Source of the DNA: the human T2T-CHM13v2.0 reference genome, Homo sapiens
Reading direction: 5' to 3' (one strand)
Length of the DNA: 64,000 nt
Assembly: GCF_009914755.1 (NCBI RefSeq)
Contig: NC_060925.1
The notes under the pieces: model-generated
Database searches by the model: none
The model's input: the letters and a program-made list of their open reading frames with translations, nothing else
What the model was told of the DNA's origin: nothing
Part shown: positions 29,391 through 43,400 of the stretch, piece after piece
Position numbering within the stretch: the first letter of the stretch is position 1
Layout: each line of letters opens with the position of its first letter
Made by a program: the position numbers and the translations under genes

Positions 29391-32300
29391 ATGGAAATGA
29401 ATGGAATCGTCATAGAATGGAATCGAATGGATTCATTGAATGGAATCAGATGGAATCATCGAATGGACTGGAATGGAATCATTGAATGGACTCGAAAGGA
29501 TTCATTATTGAATGCAATTGAATGGAATCATCGAATGGTCTCGATTGGAATCATTATCAAATGGAATCGAATGGAATCACCGAATAGAATCGAATGGAAC
29601 AATCATCGAATGGACTCAAATGGAATTATCCTCAAATGGAATCGAATGGAAATATCGAATGCAATCGAATGGAATTATCGAATGCAATCGAATAGAATCA
29701 TCGAATGGACTCGAATGGAATCATCGAATGGAATGGAATGGAACAGTCAATGAACTCGAATGGAATCATCATTGAATGGAATCGAATGGAATCATCGAGT
29801 GGAATCGAATGGAATTATGATCAAATGGAATCGAATGTAATCATCATCAAATGGAATCAAAAATAACCATCATCAATTGGTATTCAATGGAATTGTCATC
29901 AAATGGAATTCAAAGGTATCATCACCAAATGGAACCGAATGGAATCCTCATTGAATGGAAATGAAAGGGGTCATCATCTAATGGAATCGCATGGAATCAT
30001 CATCAAATGGAATCGAATGGAATCATCATCAAATGGAATCTAATGGAATCATTGAACAGAATTGAATGGAATCGTCATCGAATGAATTGAATGCAATCAT
30101 CGAATGGTCTCAAATGGAATCATCTTCTAATGGAAAGGAATGGAATCATCGCATAGAATCGAATGGAATTAACATTGAATGGACTCGCATGGAATCCACA
30201 TCAAACGGAATCAAGCGGAATTATCGAATGGAATCGAAGAGAATCATCGAATGGACTCGAATGGAATCATCTAATGGAATGGAATGGAATAATCCACGGA
30301 CTCGAATGCAATCATCATCGTATAGAATCGAATGGAATCATTGAATGGACTCGAATGGAATAATCATTGAACGGAATCAAATGGAATCATCATCGGATGG
30401 AAACGAATGGAATCATCATCGAATGGAAAAGAAAAGAGTCATCATCTAATGGAATTGCATGGAATCATCATAAAATGGAATCGAATGGAATCAACATCAA
30501 ATGGAATCAAATGGAATCATTGAACGGAATTGAATAGAATCGTCATCGAATGAAATGAATGCAATCATCGAATGGTCTCGAATGGAATCATCTTCTAATG
30601 GAAAGTAATGGAATCATCGCATAGAATCGAATGGAATTAAAATTGAATGGACTCGAATGGAATCAACATCAAACGGAAAGAAACGGAATTATCGAATGGA
30701 ATCGAAGAGAATCATCGAATGGACCCGAATGGAATCATCTAATGGAATGGAATGGAATAATCCATGGACTCGAATGCAATCATCATCGAATGGAATCGAA
30801 TGGAATCATCGAATGGACTCGAATGGAATAATCATTGAACGGAATCGAATGGAATCATCATCGGATGGAAAAGAATGGAATCATCATCGAATGGAAATGA
30901 AAGGAGTCATCATCTAATGGAATTGCATGGAATCATCATAAAATGGAATCGAATGGAATCAACATCAAATGGAATCCAATGGAATCATTGAACGGAATTG
31001 AATGGAATCGTCATCGAATCAATTGAATGCAATCATCGAATGGTCTCGAATGGAATCATGTTCAAATGGAATGGAATGGAATCATCGCATAGAATCGAAT
31101 GTAATTATCATCGAATGGAATCGAATGAAATCAACAACAAACGGAAAAAAAAGGAATTATCGAATGGAATCAAAGAGAATCATCGAATGGACCCGAATGG
31201 AATCATCTAATGGAATGGAATGGAATAATCCATGGACTCGAATGCAATCATCATCGAATGGAATCGAATGGAATCATCGAATGGACTCGAATGGAATAAT
31301 CATAGAACGGAATCGAATGGAATCATCATCGGATGGAAATGAATGGAATCAGCATCGAATGGAATCGAATAGAATTATGGAATGAAATCCAGTGTGATCA
31401 TCATCGAATGCACCCGAATGGAATCATCATCCAAAGGAATCTAATGGAAACAACATCGAATGAATCGAATGGAAACACCATCGAATTGAAACGAGTGGAA
31501 TTATCATGAAATTGAAATGGATGGACTCATCATCGAATGGATTCGAATGGAATCATCGAATAAAATTGATTGAAATCATCATCAAATGGAATCGAATGGT
31601 ATCATTGAATGGAATCGAATGGAATCATCATCAGATGGAAATGAATGGAATCGTCATAGAATGGAATCGAATGGATTCATTGAATGGAATCAGATGGAAT
31701 CATCGAATGGACTGGCATGGAATCATTGAATGGACTCGAGAGGGATCATTATTGAATGGAATTGAATGGAATCATGGAATGGTCTCGATTGGAATCATTA
31801 TCAAATGGAATCGAATGGAATCACCAAATAGAATCGAATGGAACAATCATCGAATGGACTCCAATGGAATTATCCTCAAATGGAATCGAATGGAATTATC
31901 GAATGCAATCGAATGGAATTATCGAATGCAATCGAATAGAATCATCGAATGGACTCGAATGGAATCATCGAATGGAATGGAATGGAACAGTCAATGAACT
32001 CGAATGGAATCATCATTGAATGGAATCGAATGGAATCATTGAGTGGAATCGAATGGAATTATGATCAAATGGAATCGAATGTAATCATCATCAAATGGAA
32101 TCAAAGATAACCATCATCAATTGGTATTGAATGGAATTGTCATCAAATGGAATTCAAAGGAATCATCACCAAATGGAACCGAAAGGAATCCTCATTGAAT
32201 GGAAATGAAAGGGGTCATCATCTAATGGAATCGCATGGAATCATCATCAAATGGAATCGAATGGAATCATCATCAGATGGAATCTAATGGAATCATTGAA

Positions 32301-34553
32301 CAGAATTGAATGGAATCGTCATCGAATGAATTGAATGCAATCATCGAATGGTCTCGAACGGAATCATCTTCTAATGGAAAGGAATGGAATCATCGCATAG
32401 AACCGAATGGAATTAACATTGAATGGACTCGAATGGAATCAACATCAAACGGAATCAAGCGGAATTATCGAATGGAATCGAAGAGAATCATCGAATGGAC
32501 CCGAATGGAATCATCTAATGGAATGGAATGGAATAATCCACGGATTCGAATGCAATCATCATCGTATAGAATCGAATGGAATCATCGAAAGGACTCGAAA
32601 GGAATAATCATTGAACGGAATCGAATGGAATCATCATCGGATGGAAACGAATGGAATCATCATCGAATGGAAATGAAAGGAGTCATCATCTAATGGAATT
32701 GCATGGAATCATCATAAAATGGAATCGAATGGAATCAACATCAAATGGAATCAAATGGAATCATTGAACGGAATTGAATGGAATCGTCATCGTATGAATT
32801 GAATGCAATCATCGAATGGTCTCGAATGGAATCATCTTCTAATGGAAAGGAATGGAATCATTGCATAGAATCGAATGGAATTAACATTGAATGGACTCGA
32901 ATGGAATCAACATCAAATGGAATCAAGCGGAATTATCGAATGAAATCGAAGAGAATCATCGAATGGACTCGAATGGAATCATCTAATGGAATGGAATGGA
33001 ATAATCCACGGACTCGAATGCAATCATCATCGTATAGAATCGAATGGAATCATCGAATGGACTCGAATGGAATAACCATTGAACGGAATCGAATGGAATC
33101 ATCATCGGATGGAAACGAATGGAATCATCATCGAATGGAAATGTAAGGAGTCATCATCTAATGGAATTGCATGGAATCATCATAAAATGGAATCGAATGG
33201 AATCATCATCAAATGGAATCAAATGGAATCATTGAACGGAATTGAATGGAATCGTCATCGAATGAATTGAATGCAATCATCGAATGGTCTCGAATGGAAT
33301 CATCTTCAAATGGAATGGAATGGAATCATCGCATAGAATCGAATGGAATTATCATCGAATGGAATCGAATGGTATCAACATCAAACGGAAAAAAACGGAA
33401 TTATCGAATGGAATCGAAGAGAATCATCGAACGGACCCGCATGGAATCATCTAATGGAATGGAATGGAATAATCCATGGACTCGAATGCAATCATCATCG
33501 AATGGAATCGAATGGAATCATTGAATGGACTCGAATGGAATAATCATTGAACGGAATCGAATGGAATCATCATCGGATGGAAATGAATGGAATCATCATC
33601 GAATGGAATTGAATAGAATTATGGAATGAAATCCAGTGTGATCATCATCGAATGGACCCGAATGGAATCATCATCCAACGGAAGCTAATGGAATCAACAT
33701 CGAATGAATCGAATGGAAACACCATCGAATTGAAACGAATGGAATTATCATGAAATTGAAATGGATGGACTCATCATCGAATGGATTCGGATGGAATCAT
33801 CGAATAAAATTGATTGAAATCATCATCGAATGGAATCGAATGGTATCATTGAATGGAATCGAATGGAATCATCATCAGATGGAAATGAATGGAATCGTCA
33901 TAGAATGGAATCGAATGGATTCATTGAATAGAATCAGATGGAATCATCGAATGGACTGGAATGGAATCATTGAATGGACTCGAAAGGGATCATGATTGAA
34001 TGGAATTGAATGGAATCATCGAATGGTCTCGATTGGAATCATTATCAAATGGAATCGAATGGAATCACCGAATAGAATCGAATGGAACAATCATCGAATG
34101 GACTCAAATGGAATTATCCTCCAATGGAATCGAATGGAATTATCGAATGCAATCGAATGGAATTATCGAATGCAATCGAATAGAATCATCGAAAGGACTC
34201 GAATGGAATCATCGAAAGGAATGGAATGGAACAGTCAATGAACTCGAATGGAATCATCATTGAATGGAATCGAATGGAATCATCGAGTGGAATCGAATGG
34301 AATTATGATCAAATGGAATCGAATGTAAGCATCATCAAATGGAATCAAAAATAACCATCATCAATTGGTATTGAATGGAATTGTCATCAAATGGAATTCA
34401 AAGGAATCATCATCAAATGGAACCGAATGGAATCCTCATTGAATGGAAATGAAAGGGGTAATCATCTAATGGAATCGCATGGAATCATCATCAAATGGAA
34501 TCGAATGGAATCATCATCAAATGGAATCTAATGGAATCATTGAAAAGAATTGA

Positions 34554-36330
34554 ATGGAATCATCATCGAATGAATTGAATGCAATCATCGAATGGTCTCG
34601 AATGGAATCATCTTCTAATGGAAAGGAATGGAATCATCGCATAGAATCGAATGGAATTATCATCGAATGGAATCGAATGGTATGAACACCAAACGGAAAA
34701 AAACGGAATTATCGAATGGAATCGAAGAGAATCTTCGAACGGACCCGAATGGAATCATCTAATGGAATGGAATGGAATAATCCATGGACTCGAATGCAAT
34801 CATCATCGAATGGAATCGAATGGAATCATCGAATGGACTCGAATGGAATAATCATTGAACGGAATCGAATGGAATCATCATCGGATGGAAATGTATGGAA
34901 TCATCATCGAATGGAAATGAAAGGAGTCATCATCTAATGGAATTGCATGGAATCATCATAAAATGGAATCGAATGGAATCAACATCAAATGGAATCCAAT
35001 GGAATCATTGAACGGAATTGAATGGAATCGTCATCGAATGAATTGAATGCAATCATCGAATGGTCTCGAATGGAATCATCTTCAAATGGAATGGAATGGA
35101 ATCATCGCATAGAATCGAATGGAATTATCATCGAATGGAATCGAATGGAATCAACATCAAACGGAAAAAAACGGAATTATCGAATGGAATCGAAGAGAAT
35201 CATCGAACGGACCCGAATGGAATCATCTAATGGAATGGAATGGAATAATCCATGGACTCGAATGCAATCATCATCGAATGGAATCGAATGGAGTCATCGA
35301 ATGGACTCGAATGGAATAATCATTGAACGGAATCGAATGGAATCATCATCGGATGGAAACGAATGGAATCATCATTGAATGGAAATGAAAGGAGTCATCA
35401 TCTAATGGAATTGCATGGAATCATCATAAAATGGAATCGAATGGAATCAACATCAAATGGAATCAAATGGAATCATTGAACGGAATTGAATGGAATCGTC
35501 ATCGAATGAATTGAATGCAATCATCGAATGGTCTCGAATGGAATCATCTTCAAATGGAATGGAATGGAATCATCGCATAGAATCGAATGGAATTATCATC
35601 GAATGGAATCGAATGGAATCAACATCAAACGGAAAAAAACGGAATTATCGAATAGAATCGAAGAGAATCATCGAACGGACCCGAATGGAATCATCTAATG
35701 GAATGGAATGGAATAATCCATGGACTCGAAGGCAATCATCATCGAATGGAATCGAATGGAATCATCGAATGGACTCGAATGGAATAATCATTGAACGGAA
35801 TCGAATGGAATCATCATCGGATGGAAACGAATGGAATCATCATCGAATGGAAATGAAAGGAGTCATCATCTAATGGAATTGCATGGAATCATCATAAAAT
35901 GGAATCGAATGGAATCAACATCAAATGGAATCAAATGGAATCATTGAACGGAATTGAATGGAATCGTCATCGAATGAATTGAATGCAATCATCGAATGGT
36001 CTCGAATGGAATCATCTTCAAATGGAATGGAATGGAATCATCGCATAGAATCGAATGGAATTATCATCGAATGGAATCGAATGGAATCAACATCAAACGG
36101 AAAAAAACGGAATTATCGAATGGAATCGAATAGAATCATCGAATGGACCCGAATGGAATCATCTAATGGAATGGAATGGAATAATCCATGGACTCGAATG
36201 CAATCATCATCGAATGGAATCGAATGGAATCATCGAATGGACTCGAATGGAATAATCATTGAACGGAATCGAATGGAATCATCATCGGATGGAAATGAAT
36301 GGAATCATCATCGAATGGATATCGAATAGA
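34554..36330 (+). repeat. Run of four 468-bp modules (2713-bp unit)
   Basis: Module starts at ~34554, 35022, 35490 and 35958. Core landmarks 33750 to 36463 span 2713 bp. Confidence 0.88.
35490..35957 (+). repeat. Representative 468-bp internal module (19 monomers), present 1-4 times per unit
   Basis: The landmark GAATGGAATCGTCATCGAATGAATT recurs at 35022, 35490 and 35958 (468 apart), also at 3750/4218/4686. Manual parse: 10x26 + 7x23 + 25 + 22 = 468. Confidence 0.93.
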
Positions 36331-38249
36331 AATATGGAATGAAATCCAGTGTGATCATCATCGAATGGACCCGAATGGAATCATCATCCAACGAAAGCTA
36401 ATGGAATCAACATCGAATGAATCGAATGGAAACACCATCAAATTGAAACGAATGGAATTATCATGAAATTGAAATGGATGGACTCATCATCGGATGGATT
36501 CGAATGGAATCATGGAATAAAATTAATTGAAATCATCATCAAATGGAATCGAATGGTATCATTGAATGGAATCGAATGGAATCATCATCAGATGGAAATG
36601 AATGGAATCGTCATAGAATGGAATCGAATGGATTCATTGAATGGAATCAGATGGAATCATCGAATGTACTGGAATGGAATCATTGAATGGACTCGAAAGG
36701 GATCATTATTGAATGGAATTGAATGGAATCATCGAATGGTCTCGATTGGAATCATTATCAAATGGAATCGAATGGAATCACCGCATAGAATAGAATGGAA
36801 CAATCATCGAATGGACTCAAATGGAATTATCCTCAAATGGAATCGAATGGAATTATCGAATGCAATCGAATGGAATTATCGAATGCAATCGAATAGAATC
36901 ATCGAATGGACTCGAATGGAATCATCGAATGGAATGGAATGGAACAGTCAATGAACTCGAATGGAATCATCATTGAATGGAATCGAATGGAATCATCGAG
37001 TGGAATCGAATGGAATTATGTTCAAATGGAATCGAATGTAATCATCATCAAATGGAATCAAAAATAACCATCATCAATTGGTATTGAATGGAATTGTCAT
37101 CAAATGGAATTCAAAGGAATCATCATCAAATGGAACCGAATGGAATCCTCATTGAATGGAAATGAAAGGGGTCATCATCTAATGGAATCCCATGGAATCA
37201 TCATCAAATGGAATCGAATGGAATCATCATCAAATGGAATCTGATGGAATCATTGAACAAAATTGAATGGAATCGTCATCGAATGAATTGAATGCAATCA
37301 TCGAATGGTCTCGAATGGAATCATCTTCTAATGGAAAGGAATGGAATCATCGCTTAGAATCGAATGGAATTAACATTGAATGGACTCGAATGGAATCAAC
37401 ATCAAATGGAATCAAGCGGAATTATCGAATGGAATCGAAGAGAATCATCGACTGGACTCGAATGGAATAATCTAATGGAATTGAATGGAATAATCCACGG
37501 ACTCGAATGCAATCATCATCGTGTAGAATCGAATGGAATCATCGAATGGACTCGAATGGAATAATCATTGAACGGAATCGAATGGAATCATCATCGGATG
37601 GAAACGAATGGAATCATCATCGAATGGAAATGAAAGGAGTCATCATCTAATGGAATTGCATGGAATCATCATAAAATGGAATCGAATGGAATCAACATCA
37701 AATGGAATCAAATGGAATCATTGAACGGAATTGAATGGAATCGCCATCGAATGAATTGAATGCAATCATCGAATGGTCTCGAATGGAATCATCTTCAAAT
37801 GGAATGGAATGGAATCATCGCATAGAATCGAATGGAATTATCATCGAATGGAATCGAATGGAATCAACATCAAACGGAAAAAAACGGAATTATCGAATGG
37901 AATCGAAGAGAATCATCGGACGGACCCGAATGGAATCATCTAATGGAATGGAATGGAATAATCCATGGACTCGAATGCAATCATCATCGAATGGAATCGA
38001 ATGGAATCATCGAATGGACTCGAATGGAATAATCATTGAACGGAATCGAATGGAATCATCATCGGATGGAAATGAATGCAATCATCATCGAATGGAATCG
38101 AATAGAATTATGGAATGAAATCCAGTGTGATCATCATCGAATGGACCCGAATGGAATCATCATCCAACGGAAGCTAATGGAATCAACATCAAATGAATCG
38201 AATGGAAACACCATGGAATTGAAACGAATGGAATTATCATGAAATTGAA

Positions 38250-40490
38250 ATGGATGGACTCATCATCGGATGGATTCGAATGGAATCATCGAATAAAATT
38301 GATTGAAATCATCACCAAATGGAATCAAATGGTATCATTGAATGGAATCGAATGGAATCATCATCAGATGGAAATGAATGGAATCGTCATAGAATGGAAT
38401 CGAATGGATTCATTGAATGGAATCAGATGGAATCATCGAATGGACTGGAATGGAATCATTGAATGGACTCGAAAGGGATCATTATTGAATGGAATTGAAT
38501 GGAATCATCGAATGGTCTCGATTGGAATCATTATCAAATGGAATCGAATGGAATCACTGCATAGAATCGAATGGAACAATCATCGAATGGACTCAAATGG
38601 AATTATCCTCAAATGGAATCGAATGGAATTATGGAATGAAATCGAATGGAATTATCGAATGCAATCGAATAGAATCATCGAATGGACTCGAATGCAATCA
38701 TCGAATGGAATGGAATGGAACAGTCAATGAACTCGAATGGAATCATCATTGAATGGAATCGAATGGAATCATCGAGTGGAATCGAATGGAATTATGATCA
38801 AATGGAATCGAGTGTAATCATCATCAAATGGAATCAAAAATAACCATCATCAATTGGTATTCAATGGAATTGTCATCAAATGGAATTCAAAGGTATCATC
38901 ATCAAATGGAACCGAATGGAATCCTCATTGAATGGAAATGAAAGGGGTCATCATCTAATGGAATCGCATGGAATCATCATCAAATGGAATCGAATGGAAT
39001 CAACATCAAATGGAATCAAATGGAATCATTGAACGGAATTGAATGGAATCGTCATCGAATGAATTGAATGCAATCATCGAATGGTCTCGAATGGAATCAT
39101 CTTCAAATGGAATGGAATGGAATCATCGCATAGAATCGAATGGAATTATCATCGAATGGAATCGAATGGAATCAACATCAAACGGAAAAATCGGAATTAT
39201 CAAATGGAATCGAAGAGAATCATCGAATGGACCCGAATGGAATCATCTAATGGAGTGGAATGGAATAATCCATGGACTCGAATGCAATCATCATCGAATG
39301 GAATCGAATGGAATCATCGAATGGACTCGAATGGAATAATCATCGAACGGAATCGAATGTAGTCACCATCGGATGGAAATGAATGGAATCATCATCGAAT
39401 GGAATCGAATAGAATTATGGAATGAAATCCAGTGTGATCATCATCGAATGGACCCGAATGGAATCATCATCCAACGGAAGCTAATGGAATCAACATCGAA
39501 TGAATCGAATGGAAACACCATCGAATTGAAACGAATGGAATTATCATGAAATTGAAATGGATGGACTCATCATCGGATGGATTCGAATGGAATCATCGAA
39601 TAAAATTGATTGAAATCATCACCAAATGGAATCGAATGGTATCATTGAATGGAATCGAATGGAATCATCATCAGATGGAAATGAATGGAATCGTCATAGA
39701 ATGGAATCGAATGGATTCATTGAATGGAATCAGATGGAATCATCGAATGGACTGGAATGGAATCATTGAATGGACTCGAAAGGGATCATTATTGAATGGA
39801 ATTGAATGGAATCATCGAATGGTCTCGATTGGAATCATTATCAAATGGAATCGAATGGAATCACCGCATAGAATCGAATGGAACAATCATCGAATGGACT
39901 CAAATGGAATTATCCTCAAATGGAATCGAATGGAATTATGGAATGCAATCGAATGGAATTATCGAATGCAATCGAATAGAATCATCGAATGGACTCGAAT
40001 GCAATCATCGAATGGAATGGAATGGAACAGTCAATGAACTCGAATGGAATCATCATTGAATGGAATCGAATGGAATCATCGAGTGGAATCGAATGGAATT
40101 ATGATCAAATGGAATCGAGTGTAATCATCATCAAATGGAATCAAAAATAACCATCATCAATTGGTATTCAATGGAATTGTCATCAAATGGAATTCAAAGG
40201 TATCATCATCAAATGGAACCGAATGGAATCCTCATTGAATGGAAATGAAAGGGGTCATCATCTAATGGAATCGCATGGAATCATCATCAAATGGAATCGA
40301 ATGGAATCAACATCAAATGGAATCAAATGGAATCACTGAACGGAATTGAATGGAATCGTCATCGAATGAATTGAATGCAATCATCGAATGGTCTCGAATG
40401 GAATCATCTTCAAATGGAATGGAATGGAATCATCGCATAGAATCGAATGGAATTATCATCGAATGGAATCGAATGGAATCAACATCAAAC
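38250..40490 (+). repeat. Local duplication with a 1307-bp offset
   Basis: 38239/39546 and 38489/39796. Shared variants ATCACCAAAT, AATTATGGAATG, CGAGTGTAATC and GGTATTCAATG. Confidence 0.82.
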
Positions 40491-43400
40491 AGAAAAAAAC
40501 GGAATTATCGAATGGAATCGAAGAGAATCATCGAACGGACCCGAATGGAATCATCTAATGGAATGGAATGGAATAATCCATGGACTCGAATGCAATCATC
40601 ATCGAATGGAATCGAATGGAATCATCGAATGGACTCGAATGGAATAATCATTGAACGGAATCGAATGGAATCATCATCGGATGGAAACGAATGGAATCAT
40701 CATCGAATGGAAATGAAAGGATTCATCATCTAATGGAATTGCATGGAATCATCATAAAATGGAATCGAATGGAATCAACATCAAATGGAATCAAATGGAA
40801 TCACTGAACGGAATTGAATGGAATCGTCATCGAATGAATTGAATGCAATCATCGAATGGTCTCGAATGGAATCATCTTCAAATGGAATGGAATGGAATCA
40901 TCGCATAGAATCGAATGGAATTATCATCGAATGGAATCGAATGGAATCAACATCAAACGGAAAAATCGGAATTATCGTATGGAATCGAAGAGAATCATCG
41001 AATGGACCCGAATGGAATCATCTAATGGAGTGGAATGGAATAATCCATGGACTCGAATGCAATCATCATCGAATGGAATCGAATGGAATCATCGAATGGA
41101 CTCGAATGGAATAATCATCGAACGGAATCGAATGGAGTCATCATCGGATGGAAATGAATGGAATCATCATCGAATGGAATCGAATAGAATTATGGAATGA
41201 AATCCAGTGTGATCATCATCGAATGGACCCGAATGGAATCATCATCCAACGGAAGCTAATGGAATCAACATCGAATGAATCGAATGGAAACACCATCGAA
41301 TTGAAACGAATGGAATTATCATGAAATTGAAATGGATGGACTCATCATCGAATGGATTCGAATGGAATCGTCGAATAAAATTGATTGAAATCATCATCCA
41401 ATGGAATCGAATGGTATCATTGAATGGAATCGAATGGAATCATCATCAGATGGAAATGAATGGAATCGTCATAGAATGGAATCGAATGGATTCATTGAAT
41501 GGAATCAGATGGAATCATCGAATGGACTGGAATGGAATCATTGAATGGACTCGAAAGGGATCATTATTGAATGGAATTGAATGGAATCATCGAATGGTCT
41601 CGATTGGAATCATTATCAAATGGAATCGAATGGAATCACCGAATAGAATCGAATGGAACAATCATCGAATGGACTCAAATGGAATTATCCTCAAATGGAA
41701 TCGAATGGAATTATCGAATGCAATCGAATGGAATTATCGAATGCAATCGAATAGAATCATCGAATGGACTCGAATGGAATCATCGAATGGAATGGAATGG
41801 AACAGTCAATGAACTCGAATGGAATCATCATTGAATGGAATCGAATGGAATCATCGAGTGGAATCGAATGGAATTATGATCAAATGGAATCGAATGTAAT
41901 CATCATCAAATGGAATCAAAAATAACCATCATCAATTGGTATTGAATGGAATTCTCATCAAATGGAATTCAAAGGAATCATCATCAAATGGAACTGAATG
42001 GAATCCTCATTGAATGGAAATGAAAGGGGTCATCATCTAATGGAATCGCATGGAATCATCATCAAATGGAATCGAATGGAATCATCATCAAATGGAATCT
42101 GATGGAATCATTGAACAGAATTGAATGGAATCGTCATCGAATGAATTGAATGCAATCATCGAATGGTCTCGAATGTAATCACATTCTAATGGAAAGGAAT
42201 GGAATCATCGCATAGAATCGAATGGAATTAACATTGAATGGACTCGAATGGAATCAACATCAAACGGAATCAAGCGGAATTATCGAATGGAATCGAAGAG
42301 AATCATCGAATGGTCTCGAATGGAATCATCTTCTAATGGAAAGGAACGAAATCATCGCATAGAATGGAATGGAATTAACATTGAATGGACTCGAATGGAA
42401 TCAACATCAAATGGAATCAAGCGGAATTATCGAATGAAATCGAAGAGAATCATCGAATGGACTCGAATGGAATCATCTAATGGAATGGAATGGAATAATC
42501 CACGGACTCGAATGCAATCATCATCGTATAGAATCGAATGGAATCATCGAAAGGACTCGAATGGAATAACCATTGAACGGAATCGAATGGAATCATCATC
42601 GGATGGAAACGAATGGAATCGTCATCGAATGGAAATGAAAGGAGTCATCATCTAATGGAATTGCATGGAATCATCATAAAATGGAATCGAATGGAATCGT
42701 CATCAAATGGAATCAAATGGAATCATTGAACGGAATTGAATGGAATCGTCATCGAATGAATTGAATGCAATCATCGAATGGTCTCGAATGGAATCATCTT
42801 CAAATGGAATGGAATGGAATCATCGCATAGAATCGAATGGAATTATCATCGAATGGAATCGAATGGAATCAACATCAAACGGAAAAAAACGGAATTATCG
42901 AATGGAATCGAAGAGAATCATCGAACGAACCCGAATGGAATCATCTAATGGAATGGAATGGAATAATCCATGGACTCGAATGCAATCATCATCGAATGGA
43001 ATCGAATGGAATCATCGAATGGACTCGAATGGAATAATCATTGAACGGAATCGAATGGAATCATCATCGGATGGAAACGAATGGAATCATCATCGAATGG
43101 AAATGAAAGGATTCATCATCTAATGGAATTGCATGGAATCATCGTAAAATGGAATCGAATGGAATCAACATCAAATGGAATCAAATGGAATCATTGAACG
43201 GAATTGAATGGAATCGTCATCGAATGAATTGAATGCAATCATCGAATGGTCTCGAATGGAATCATCTTCAAATGGAATGGAATGGAATCATCGCATAGAA
43301 TCGAATGGAATTATCATCGAATGGAATCGAATGGAATCAACATCAAACGGAAAAATCGGAATTATCAAATGGAATCGAAGAGAATCATCGAATGGACCCG

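Noticed and set aside
42165-42311. 147 bp equals the nucleosome core length
   Set aside because: It is fully explained by six monomers (3x26 + 3x23). A single event copied once gives no evidence for nucleosome involvement.
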